DNA of 20,000 bases from an uncultured virus (IMG/VR IMGVR_UViG_3300042453_004077). Lineage: Duplodnaviria > Heunggongvirae > Uroviricota > Caudoviricetes. Below are positions 1 to 7,975 of the stretch, one piece after another. The notes under the pieces are model-generated. The model did not search any database. It was given only the letters and a program-made list of their open reading frames with translations, and was not told where the DNA came from. Location of the stretch: IMG/VR virus record IMGVR_UViG_3300042453_004077; one strand, 5' to 3'. Numbering within the stretch: the stretch's first letter is position 1; every line of letters begins with the position of its first letter. The position numbers and the translations under genes are program-made.

Positions 1-1
1 A

Positions 2-526
2 CAAGTGCTATCAACAAACGGCACCGGCACTTTAAGCTGGGCCACTCCACGAAGAACTGCCACCTATCAATACTCTGCCACTGGCACTGCTATTACTGAT
101 GCTATTGACTCGTATGCGACAAGAGTTGTTATAGACATCATTGGACTTTCTACCACCACCGCTGTTGTTCCCACCCTTCAACTTTCTTACGGTGGCGTGT
201 ATGTAGTCACTGGCTACACAGGCAGTGTGAGTACAGCATCAAGCACTAGCACGACCAATGCCGCCCTTTCTACTGGCTTCGCTTTGGCTGCTGGCACCTG
301 GGCTTCTGGCAATACAATTAGCGGTCGTCTCGTTCTGACAAAATATACATCTGGCTTGGATAGCTGGATTTGCACTGGACAGACTGGACGCCATAGCACT
401 GCTGCATTATATTCAGTGGCTGGCTCTCTCTTTGAGGGTGGCGTCACTGCCGACGCCATTCGTCTTTACATTGATGGCACGGCGCAATTTGACGCTGGAG
501 TGGTGCAATTTACCTATGAAAGTTGA
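2..526 (+). CDS. C-terminal part of a tail fibre/virion protein (5'-truncated by the window)
   Basis: Frame is open from base 2 (QVLSTNGTGTLSWAT, a typical tail-fibre linker). The rest is Thr/Ser/Gly-rich and beta-like, and it lies directly upstream of the long tail fibre. Confidence 0.7.
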   Translation, partial: QVLSTNGTGTLSWATPRRTATYQYSATGTAITDAIDSYATRVVIDIIGLSTTTAVVPTLQLSYGGVYVVTGYTGSVSTASSTSTTNAALSTGFALAAGTWASGNTISGRLVLTKYTSGLDSWICTGQTGRHSTAALYSVAGSLFEGGVTADAIRLYIDGTAQFDAGVVQFTYES

Positions 527-566
527 TTAGACTGCTCAAAGACAGTTCTTTGGCGCCTCGATTATC

Positions 567-3500
567 ATGGCCAATCGCAAGATTTCAGAATTTACAGCAC
601 TGACGCAGCCGGCACCTGCAGACGTTCTGCCGATTGTTGATGTGAGCGAGGCTCTAGACGCAGATAAGAACAAGAAGATTACAGTTGAAGAGATTTTCAA
701 GAGCATCCCTAGCGGCACTGCTGCTTCTCCTGGTATTGCGTTTGAAAGTGACGATGGGAATGGCATTTACCTTGCCGGCACCGACACTATTGGCATTTCT
801 ACCAACGGTACGGGACGTCTATTTATTGACGCAAGTGGGAATATTGGCATTGGCGCGGCGGCAACGGCTCCACTTGACGTATATAGGACAACCAACGCAG
901 AGCTGAGGCTCACAACTTCTGCCGATGGTTATCTGCAAATTGGACAGTTCACTAACGGCGGCTTTATTGGCACGTCTAGCTCGGACTCCGTTCACGGGGC
1001 TCTGCGTTTTGGCACAGCCGCCACTGAGCGGATGCGCCTCACTTCCGCTGGCCTCTTGGGCCTGGGGACTAGCAGCCCTGTCGGCAAGTTAAACGTAGCA
1101 GGATATAGTTCAACTGATGTTGCACAAGATATTCAAATTACCAGATCTTCTTCGGGAACAGGAATTCAAACAGGACCAAACCTAACCCTCAGCACCGGAA
1201 CATCTACCGATACGATTGCGCTTCAAGGGACGCAAGGGCGTTTTGGTATTTGGAACTATGCTTCTAGCAGTTGGGTTGAAAGGTTCTGCGTAACTGGTCC
1301 AGGCAACGTAGGCATAGGAACCAACGCTCCCACGACCACGCTTGACTGCCGTGGTGTTATTTCAACCAACGACGCTCTTTATTGCTACAACAGCGCCAGG
1401 GACGGACTGGGCATTTGGTACAACCCTGGTGGAGCTGGAGTCAATCAGTTAACAGCGCGTGTCAACGGTGGAGATAGGCTCACTATTGATGGTTCAGGCC
1501 GCGTAGGCTTGGGGACTACGAGCCCCAGCGTCAATTTTGAGATTGTTGGTACTACAACAGACGCTGTTTATGCAGGCGTAACAGCAACCAATGCAAGCAG
1601 TTATTCCGTTCTCCAAGTTCGAAATACTGGCACCTCTGGCAGAAACTATCACATAGGAGTCGGCGGCAGCTCGGCGGCATCGCTCGCTAATTCCTTTTAC
1701 ATTTACGACGCAACTGCTGGCGCTGGCAGACTTGTTATTGACTCCTCAGGCCGTGTAGGGGTGGGCACTACGAGCCCTGATAAAACTCTTTCTATTGCTA
1801 CGTCCAATGGTAATGGCGTGCTGATTAGATCTGGCGCTTATGGAACAACCGGATCTAATGCAACACTTTATTTATCAGGAGGTGGATATGACGATGGTCA
1901 ACCGGCTGGTTTTGCTATAGCTTCTGAACAAGTAAGCATAAACAATCACGTATTAAAATTTTGCCAATCAACCGCCAATGCAGACGGTAGCAGTTATGCA
2001 ATCAGCACAGAGCGGATGCGCATCGACAGCTCCGGCCGCCTGTTGGTTGGCACGTCTACGAGCGCTAGCGTTGGTAGCAACGCGCCATATTCGCTCCTTC
2101 AAGTAAAAGGCAACTCGTTCAGCTCGTCTGGTCCTGGCCTTATCAATCTTCAGCGCGGCGAGGCGCCAACCGCGATTACATCTGGCGAGGAAATAGGAAA
2201 GATTGTCTTCTCTGCAAACGACGGTAGCGAGTTTGCAATTATCGAAACGCTAGCCGACGCAAATGCCGGATCGAGCGACTATCCCGGCCGCCTCGTCTTC
2301 AGCACCACTGCCGATAGCGCATCATCACCAACCGCTCGCATGACCATCAAGAGCGATGGGAAGGTGGGTATTGGGACGGAAAGCCCACAAGGCATTCTTG
2401 ATGTTGTAAAAGCTGGCGGAAGCACATCCCCGAATCTAGCTCTTATTTCTGGAGGCCCTGGAGACCCTTCAAGCGTTGATCCATCAATTCAATTTGGCGC
2501 CAGCGGAGCTGAATCTATTGGCACAACTAAGATCGTATCTACGGGAGGTTACAACGACCGTGCATTGGCTTTTCACACAGGCACTGATGGGGCTGGCACG
2601 GAACGCCTTCGTATCACATCTACTGGTCGCGTTGGCATAGGAACCAGCAGCCCTGGCTACGTGCTAGACGTTCTTGGATCTGCACGCGTAAAAACTGGAG
2701 CTACGGAAACGCCTTTCATTATTGCCACGGGTGGCGATTCTCAAGCTGCTTTGCGTTTTGGCAGCACAGGAGGTGGTGGCTTTTACGGAATCTATGGCGG
2801 AGCTGATTACGTTGGACTGCAGCTTTGGACAAGTGGAAATCAAGCTCTTACCATTGACAACTTGCAACGAGTGGGGATCGGCACCGGCAGCCCCACCCAG
2901 GCGCTAAGCGTCGTAGGGAGCATCCAGCTTGGTGCGACACTTGCTGGTGGCGTCAGTGGTACTTCCTATTCAATCCTGGGCAATGGTGTTACTGGCGGGA
3001 ACGCAAGCGGTGGTGATGTTAACGTCATTGCTGGAGCTGGTTCTGGATCTGGTGTAAATGGCAGCGTTTACATTTCTGCTGGATCCACTCTTTCGCCTGC
3101 AAGCGTTACCACTGGCGGCAGCGTTTTCATTACTTCCGGCAAGCCGTCAGATTCGCTGGCGAGCGGAACAATTGACTTCAGGTATTACGCGGGCAATCCT
3201 TCGACACTAGCTACCGCCATGAGGATTGACTCCTCAGGCCGCGTAGGGATTGGCACTACGAGCCCCACTACGATTCTACATCTCCAGAGTTCGGCAGCAA
3301 ACGCATACCTCAGGGTCACGAATGGGACTGTTGACTCTTATTTCGGAATTGACAACGCAAACTCGGCGGCGGACATATATGTTGCAACCACTCATCCACT
3401 TCGATTCTTCACGAATAGCGCGGAACGCGCCCGCATCGACAGCTCCGGCCGTTTGTTGGTGGGAACTTCTACTGCGCGTAGCAACACATACAACGCCTCC

Positions 3501-4382
3501 GTTTCTCAAGCGTTTCAGGTGGAGGGCACGACAGATTCAACCAGGGGGATAGGGGTCTTCTCATCTGCGAGCAACGGATTGGGTGGGTATTTAACGCTTG
3601 CTATGCAACGAAGTGGAACGATTGGTGGAAATACCATCGTAAATAACGCGGATGAACTTGGTTTTATTAGTTTTCAAGGCAGCGATGGAACTGATTTCGT
3701 AGAGGGCGCACGGATTAGCACTTTTGTAGACGGCACCCCCGGCGCTAACGACATGCCAGGCCGCCTAGTGTTCTCCACTACGGCCGATGGGGCGTCTTCT
3801 CCGACGGAGAGGATGAGGATTACGAGTACTGGATCTGTACAGTGCGCCAGCGCTACCGGCGGTGCTCCTGTTTTAAGCGTTGATAACTCTTCTAATGTAA
3901 GCGGCAGTCAAGTTCTGTATCTTGCAAACCGAGCCAACGCGAACAATCAGTCTTCGTATTATATTGTCGCTCAAGAGCCGGGTGTTGCCAATAGGTTCTT
4001 CGTTCTCGGCAACGGCGATGTTCTGAATGCGAATAACGTCTACGGCTCCATGTCTGACATCAAGCTAAAAGAGAACATTATTGATGCTTCATCTCAGTGG
4101 AGTGATCTTAAAGCCTTAAGGGTTCGCAAGTACAACTTCAAGCCCGAAACCGGTCAGCACACTCATACTCAAATTGGCCTGGTCGCCCAAGAAGTCGAGG
4201 TGGTTTCGCCTGGCTTGATTCATGAATCCCCCGACTTGGACGCGGAAGGCAACGACCTTGGCACTGTCACCAAGAGCGTCAACTACTCGGTGCTCTACAT
4301 GAAGGCAGTCAAGGCACTTCAAGAAGCAATGGAGCGCATTGAGGTTCTGGAACAGCGCCTCTCTGATGCTGGCATCGCCTAG
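567..4382 (+). CDS. Long tail fibre protein with C-terminal peptidase S74-type intramolecular chaperone
   Basis: 1271 aa. N-terminus MANRKISEFTAL...GTAASPGIAF; many (E)RMRIDSSGRVGIGTTSP-type repeats; C-terminal SDIKLKENI...IGLVAQEVE...VNYSVLYMKAVKALQEAMERIEVLE fits S74 plus a coiled coil. Confidence 0.92.
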   Translation: MANRKISEFTALTQPAPADVLPIVDVSEALDADKNKKITVEEIFKSIPSGTAASPGIAFESDDGNGIYLAGTDTIGISTNGTGRLFIDASGNIGIGAAATAPLDVYRTTNAELRLTTSADGYLQIGQFTNGGFIGTSSSDSVHGALRFGTAATERMRLTSAGLLGLGTSSPVGKLNVAGYSSTDVAQDIQITRSSSGTGIQTGPNLTLSTGTSTDTIALQGTQGRFGIWNYASSSWVERFCVTGPGNVGIGTNAPTTTLDCRGVISTNDALYCYNSARDGLGIWYNPGGAGVNQLTARVNGGDRLTIDGSGRVGLGTTSPSVNFEIVGTTTDAVYAGVTATNASSYSVLQVRNTGTSGRNYHIGVGGSSAASLANSFYIYDATAGAGRLVIDSSGRVGVGTTSPDKTLSIATSNGNGVLIRSGAYGTTGSNATLYLSGGGYDDGQPAGFAIASEQVSINNHVLKFCQSTANADGSSYAISTERMRIDSSGRLLVGTSTSASVGSNAPYSLLQVKGNSFSSSGPGLINLQRGEAPTAITSGEEIGKIVFSANDGSEFAIIETLADANAGSSDYPGRLVFSTTADSASSPTARMTIKSDGKVGIGTESPQGILDVVKAGGSTSPNLALISGGPGDPSSVDPSIQFGASGAESIGTTKIVSTGGYNDRALAFHTGTDGAGTERLRITSTGRVGIGTSSPGYVLDVLGSARVKTGATETPFIIATGGDSQAALRFGSTGGGGFYGIYGGADYVGLQLWTSGNQALTIDNLQRVGIGTGSPTQALSVVGSIQLGATLAGGVSGTSYSILGNGVTGGNASGGDVNVIAGAGSGSGVNGSVYISAGSTLSPASVTTGGSVFITSGKPSDSLASGTIDFRYYAGNPSTLATAMRIDSSGRVGIGTTSPTTILHLQSSAANAYLRVTNGTVDSYFGIDNANSAADIYVATTHPLRFFTNSAERARIDSSGRLLVGTSTARSNTYNASVSQAFQVEGTTDSTRGIGVFSSASNGLGGYLTLAMQRSGTIGGNTIVNNADELGFISFQGSDGTDFVEGARISTFVDGTPGANDMPGRLVFSTTADGASSPTERMRITSTGSVQCASATGGAPVLSVDNSSNVSGSQVLYLANRANANNQSSYYIVAQEPGVANRFFVLGNGDVLNANNVYGSMSDIKLKENIIDASSQWSDLKALRVRKYNFKPETGQHTHTQIGLVAQEVEVVSPGLIHESPDLDAEGNDLGTVTKSVNYSVLYMKAVKALQEAMERIEVLEQRLSDAGIA
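1737..1777 (+). repeat. Intragenic 41-nt repeat, family A (other copies 3225-3265 and, more diverged, 1485-1525)
   Basis: ATTGACTCCTCAGGCCGTGTAGGGGTGGGCACTACGAGCCC matches 3225-3265 at 38/41. The 1485-1525 copy matches 3225-3265 at 33/41. Confidence 0.85.
2019..2059 (+). repeat. Intragenic 41-nt repeat, family B (second copy 3432-3472)
   Basis: CGCATCGACAGCTCCGGCCG is identical for the first 20 nt, with 36/41 identity overall. It encodes RIDSSGRLLVGTST. Confidence 0.85.
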
Positions 4383-4428
4383 GCCTTATAGGCCTACTCA
4401 CATCGAGGCCTGGCTCAACTATCTGGAA

Positions 4429-4457
4429 TTGCCGGATGGTTGGGCTTGCCCTAGAGT
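4429..4457 (+). promoter_or_regulatory. Sigma70-type promoter for the small-ORF cassette
   Basis: TTGCCG (4429-4434), 17-nt spacer, TAGAGT (4452-4457). Confidence 0.6.
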
Positions 4458-4511
4458 TGAAGGGCAGCGGTGCGTCAACACCCTGCCCCTGGCCACAGCT
4501 CCCTGGAAACC

Positions 4512-4700
4512 ATGACCGAAGGATTTTATTACGAGCCAAGCGAAAGCGTCTATCAGCGCTACGCTTGGGCGGATAACGGCAAAGTGTCACTGTGTAACGA
4601 TTCCGATGGAGAATACGAACAGGTATTTGCCAATCGAGAAGAATTGCAACGTTTTGTTGATCATCTGACAGCAGTAGCTGACGAAGTCTGGCCAAACTGA
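4512..4700 (+). CDS. Hypothetical protein (62 aa, acidic)
   Basis: MTEGFYYEPSES...ADEVWPN. ATG 4512 is preferred over GTG 4470, which lies within the leader hairpin. Confidence 0.7.
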   Translation: MTEGFYYEPSESVYQRYAWADNGKVSLCNDSDGEYEQVFANREELQRFVDHLTAVADEVWPN

Positions 4701-4722
4701 CAAGTCATTCCCACTAATTAGC

Positions 4723-4881
4723 ATGAAATCGATCGACGACTACACAACACTCGGAGCAATAGCATTAGTACTGATTATTTTTACTGTTTTTAGTATCTGG
4801 TGGCTGCCTCAAAAATGGCAAGGCTGCAAAAAGCTGTATGACAATCCGCCAGCTCAGATTGTCTGTCTGCTGAGCGAGTAG
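4723..4881 (+). CDS. Small membrane protein (52 aa; not in ORF track)
   Basis: Hand translation: MKSIDDYTTLGAIALVLIIFTVFSIWWLPQKWQGCKKLYDNPPAQIVCLLSE. One TM helix and two Cys. Confidence 0.7.
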   Translation: MKSIDDYTTLGAIALVLIIFTVFSIWWLPQKWQGCKKLYDNPPAQIVCLLSE

Positions 4882-4895
4882 TCACCTTCACTTCA

Positions 4896-5060
4896 ATGCC
4901 TTGTCCCTCTTACTGCTGCCAGCGCTGCGGTGAACAGATTGGACTGATTGGTCGACTCTTCCAGTTCATCCGCATTCCGTTGCATCACTGTCCAGCGCAG
5001 CAGCCTCCTTCACAAAAGAACATGAGGCGTTTGTGCCCTAGAATGTCCCAAGTCAATTGA
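4896..5060 (+). CDS. Small Cys/His-rich protein (54 aa; not in ORF track)
   Basis: Hand translation: MPCPSYCCQRCGEQIGLIGRLFQFIRIPLHHCPAQ...; CxxC...HxC pattern. It fills the gap between neighbours. Confidence 0.5.
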   Translation: MPCPSYCCQRCGEQIGLIGRLFQFIRIPLHHCPAQQPPSQKNMRRLCPRMSQVN

Positions 5061-5066
5061 CTTTCC

Positions 5067-5378
5067 ATGGAAACAACTTTTACTTGGCGCATTGCGCAAC
5101 TCGAAAGAGAAACTCAAGACGGTTTTGTCTACACGCTTCACTATACGATTGATGCTAATGATGGCGTGTATTCTTCGGGGGCGTATGGCTCGCTGGGTCT
5201 GGAGCGTCCCGAAGGCGAAATGATTCCTTTCGATAGCCTCACGGAAGAGCTTTGCGTGGGCTGGGCTAAAGATGCCCTTGGCGAGGAGAAAGTGGCAGAA
5301 ATCGAAGCCGCTTTGCGAAGCCAGATCGATGAAAAGCGTTCGCCCACTCGCTTGCCGGGCGTGCCTTGGCAGAGCTAA
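5067..5378 (+). CDS. Conserved phage protein usually found after tail fibre genes (possible fibre-associated/assembly protein)
   Basis: TFTWRIAQLER...VYTLHY...IPFDSLTEE..VGW...GVPW pattern; position downstream of the tail fibre. Confidence 0.75.
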   Translation: METTFTWRIAQLERETQDGFVYTLHYTIDANDGVYSSGAYGSLGLERPEGEMIPFDSLTEELCVGWAKDALGEEKVAEIEAALRSQIDEKRSPTRLPGVPWQS

Positions 5379-5401
5379 GCTAAGCCTTTCGTCCGTCCAT
5401 C

Positions 5402-5542
5402 GTGGCAGTCAAAAGCAAAGCAGGAGCATCCAGCTCTAAGCGCATCATCGTCAGCACGCCTAAGCGCACCAGGCAAGGGAATGGCCAAAATAGCCGCCCT
5501 AGTCACGGTCGTAAACTTTTACGAGGCCAAGGCAAAGGCTGA
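5402..5542 (+). CDS. Small basic protein (46 aa; not in ORF track)
   Basis: GTG start; MAVKSKAGASSSKRIIVSTPKRTRQGNGQNSRPSHGRKLLRGQGKG. The PKxTRQG...RGQG motif is recalled from small cyanophage proteins. Confidence 0.75.
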   Translation: MAVKSKAGASSSKRIIVSTPKRTRQGNGQNSRPSHGRKLLRGQGKG

Positions 5543-5571
5543 TTGACGAGCGCACTGCAGGAGGCTAGTCT
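5543..5571 (+). promoter_or_regulatory. Sigma70-type promoter
   Basis: TTGACG (5543-5548), 17-nt spacer, TAGTCT (5566-5571); 23 nt before GTG 5595. Confidence 0.65.
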
Positions 5572-5588
5572 ACGGACTGGCCTCTTTT
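5561..5588 (+). terminator. Rho-independent terminator
   Basis: GAGGCTAGTC-TACG-GACTGGCCTC followed by TTTT; cUACGg tetraloop. Confidence 0.75.
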
Positions 5589-5594
5589 CATGCC

Positions 5595-5852
5595 GTGGCT
5601 TTCGTCAATTCCATTTCCTTTTCCCATCGTTTTTCTGATGACGGAGTGTGCCATGATACGTGTTCGTATCAGGAAATCAATCACACTTACAGCGCTGATA
5701 CTGCCACTGCAGTAACACGAGCGTTCTATCAGTTCATGCTGGGATGCGGCTATGCTCCCATCAGCGTTGTCGAGGCTATGCTTTCAATTGGCACCGAGCA
5801 TGAAGAAGCGCTGATTGGAAAGCAGTACAATGGAGAGAAACAAAGTGATTAA
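5595..5852 (+). CDS. Hypothetical protein (85 aa)
   Basis: ORF fills the gap, has an upstream promoter and has protein-like composition (AFYQFMLGCGYAP). Confidence 0.7.
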   Translation: MAFVNSISFSHRFSDDGVCHDTCSYQEINHTYSADTATAVTRAFYQFMLGCGYAPISVVEAMLSIGTEHEEALIGKQYNGEKQSD

Positions 5853-5854
5853 CG

Positions 5855-7078
5855 ATGGGGCAAATCAAAAGGGGCGGCGAACAGTTTGAAACCCACATTC
5901 TTGCTGATTATCGTGGGCAAATTGTTCAAGGTGGTGTAGACAGTGGAGCAGTGGATGCGTTCGGAAGACAGCGCACCAGTGCTCCCTACACGCTTTTTGA
6001 TAGCACAATGCGCTATGACAAGCGCCCTGATCAGTGGTTTGACAGTCTTGTTGGCAGCGGCACTTCTACGTTTCTGACCAATCAAAGCAGTGTTGCCATG
6101 GCCACCACCACGGCCTCTGGCGACACTGTTCTCAGGCGCACCAAGCAGAACTTTCCCTATCAGGCCGGCAAGAGCATGATGCTTTTGCAAAGTTTTGTTG
6201 GAGCTCCATTAGCTTCTGGTCTCATCCAGGAAGTGGGCATTTTCAATGACGAAAATGGCGTGATGGTTAGGGCTAGTGGCACCACTGTTCAATTCGTCGT
6301 GAGGAGCTACGCAAACGGAACGGTTCAAGAAGACGTGGTAGATCAGTCGTCTTGGAACATTGACACTCTTTCTTCTTTAGATTTTTCAAAAGCGCAAATC
6401 TTTACTGCCGACTTGGAATGGTTGGGAGTGGGGCGCGTGCGTTGCGGCTTTGTCGTAAATGGTGAAGTTACTTACTGTCACGAGTTTGAGCATTACAACA
6501 CGCTGAGCAGTGTCTACATGACCACTGCCATTCTCCCATTGTCCTACCGTCTTCGCAACGCTACGGCTCAAGCATCGGGGGCAACGATGAAGCAAATCTG
6601 TTGCAGTGTCCTGAGTGAGGGAGGTTACGAGCCCGATGGTGCTATTTACTCGGCGGGCCTCGATTTAACAACAGTACCTAACGTTTCCGGAGAGCGCATC
6701 ACTGCAGGCATTCGTATGGCTAGTGGCCGTACGGGCAATGTCATTCTTCCAGTGAGGATCTCCACCACCACTGCTTCAAGCGACGTTGTACTTTGGCGCT
6801 TGCGGCTCAATCCAACGCTCTCTGGCGTCTCCTGGACAGCGGCCGACAATGGAAGGGGCAATGTGGAAGTGACCACTAGCGGCACTGCCACTGGAGGCAC
6901 TGTCATCGACTCGGGCTTTGTGAGTCAAGGAAGCGCCAATAACTACGCAGTGGCAGAAGCCATTCGCTTGGCTCTAGGGCAAAACGCTTCTGGCGTAAGC
7001 GACACGCTGATTCTGACAGTGGACAGCTCCGTGAGTGCCAAGGCTTTGGGGATGATTGGCTGGGTGGAAGTGGTGTGA
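5855..7078 (+). CDS. Conserved beta-rich phage protein, probable virion component
   Basis: 407 aa, Ser/Thr/Gly/Val-rich. Motifs DAFGRQRTS.P.TLFD, YQAGKS, LEWLGVGRVRCGF and YMTTA.LP are recalled from a widespread uncharacterised viral family. Confidence 0.65.
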   Translation: MGQIKRGGEQFETHILADYRGQIVQGGVDSGAVDAFGRQRTSAPYTLFDSTMRYDKRPDQWFDSLVGSGTSTFLTNQSSVAMATTTASGDTVLRRTKQNFPYQAGKSMMLLQSFVGAPLASGLIQEVGIFNDENGVMVRASGTTVQFVVRSYANGTVQEDVVDQSSWNIDTLSSLDFSKAQIFTADLEWLGVGRVRCGFVVNGEVTYCHEFEHYNTLSSVYMTTAILPLSYRLRNATAQASGATMKQICCSVLSEGGYEPDGAIYSAGLDLTTVPNVSGERITAGIRMASGRTGNVILPVRISTTTASSDVVLWRLRLNPTLSGVSWTAADNGRGNVEVTTSGTATGGTVIDSGFVSQGSANNYAVAEAIRLALGQNASGVSDTLILTVDSSVSAKALGMIGWVEVV

Positions 7079-7114
7079 GCGGTGGTATGATTCCACCATC
7101 CAGCCCCTCTTCCA

Positions 7115-7306
7115 TTGGACCCACACTTAAAGCAGCAGCAAGAATCTATTAGCGAAGCTTTGTCCGAGCTAATGACTCCAGAAGACGATCACATACAGGC
7201 TTATCGTGCAATCATTGACGCTGTTGAAGAGTGGGTGGTGTACCACGAAAAAGAGGCAAGAAAATGGCGGATGCTGCGTGTTAGCCTTGGCCCGACAAGG
7301 GTGTGA
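7115..7306 (+). CDS. Hypothetical protein (63 aa)
   Basis: TTG start 23 nt after TGnTATGAT; helical; GTGA overlap with the next gene. Confidence 0.65.
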   Translation: MDPHLKQQQESISEALSELMTPEDDHIQAYRAIIDAVEEWVVYHEKEARKWRMLRVSLGPTRV

Positions 7307-7605
7307 CAATGGAAGACTGGTTGAATTCGGCTGAAATCAAAGAGCTTCGTGAGTCTTTTAGTGTTTTTCAAAAGCAGCAAGAGGCCGAGGATGATGCGTG
7401 GTGGGACAGTCTTAATTACGAAGGCCGAGCACAAGCTTTTCGGCAAGTGTGCAAACTGATGTACAAAGCAGAAGTGCAAGATAAAGGCTCCTACCGCTGG
7501 GCTATTTACGACGTATTTGGCCTGGAATATGGCGATGGCTTGGATCACTTCATGACCCTACACAATCTCATTGGGAAGGGCTTGGACCATCAAGAGTCCA
7601 AGTGA
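7303..7605 (+). CDS. Hypothetical protein (about 100 aa)
   Basis: Coupled to the upstream ORF; contains WWDSL...GSYRWAIYDVFG. The start could be ATG 7309. Confidence 0.7.
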   Translation: MTMEDWLNSAEIKELRESFSVFQKQQEAEDDAWWDSLNYEGRAQAFRQVCKLMYKAEVQDKGSYRWAIYDVFGLEYGDGLDHFMTLHNLIGKGLDHQESK

Positions 7606-7975
7606 TGCGCAGTTCTGCTCCGAGCGATTTGATGGCGTCACTAGCGTCGTCTGGCGCTTCGTGGACAATCATCACGCTAGGAACAATTGCATCTGGCAAT
7701 GGCGTGACAGTGGCCTTCGGGAAGAGCTCCTGAGCCTTAGTCGCTAAAGCTTCCGCTCGGTGCTCCCTTTCTTCTTTTTCCCATTGCTCCACCAAAACGG
7801 CGGCCTGCTTATCAACGGCCTCCATGGTGGTTTTGGTTTTCCATTCCACCCATGCAGGACGGCACCATTCCAGAAGCCGCTTGTACCACCATTTAGAAGC
7901 AATGGAAGGGCGCTGTTTGGCAAGTTCAAGCGCTAGCTCGTAGCACAGCGCCAAGAGCCATTGCTCCCAGTTCAT
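7568..7975 (-). CDS. Hypothetical protein coupled to the endolysin (possible lysis accessory)
   Basis: ATGA overlap with the endolysin stop; Trp-rich amphipathic N-terminus followed by a coiled coil. Confidence 0.7.
   Translation of the reverse strand: MNWEQWLLALCYELALELAKQRPSIASKWWYKRLLEWCRPAWVEWKTKTTMEAVDKQAAVLVEQWEKEEREHRAEALATKAQELFPKATVTPLPDAIVPSVMIVHEAPDDASDAIKSLGAELRITWTLDGPSPSQ

Noticed and set aside
1485..3472. Tail-fibre repeats as a diversity-generating retroelement TR/VR pair or a shufflon
   Set aside because: No reverse transcriptase or invertase in the window. Mismatches are not adenine-specific, and the repeats are short, direct and in-frame.
4309..4695. 128-aa minus-strand ORF and similar antisense ORFs throughout (e.g. 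5849-6190, 14789-15271, 17356-17859, 19182-19643, 19531-19992)
   Set aside because: They lie opposite well-supported genes, have no recognisable motifs and are best explained as shadow ORFs.
4389..5063. Junction motifs as a CRISPR or mini-CRISPR array
   Set aside because: The repeats are only about 14 nt and degenerate, the intervals are 160-300 nt and protein-coding, and no cas genes are present.
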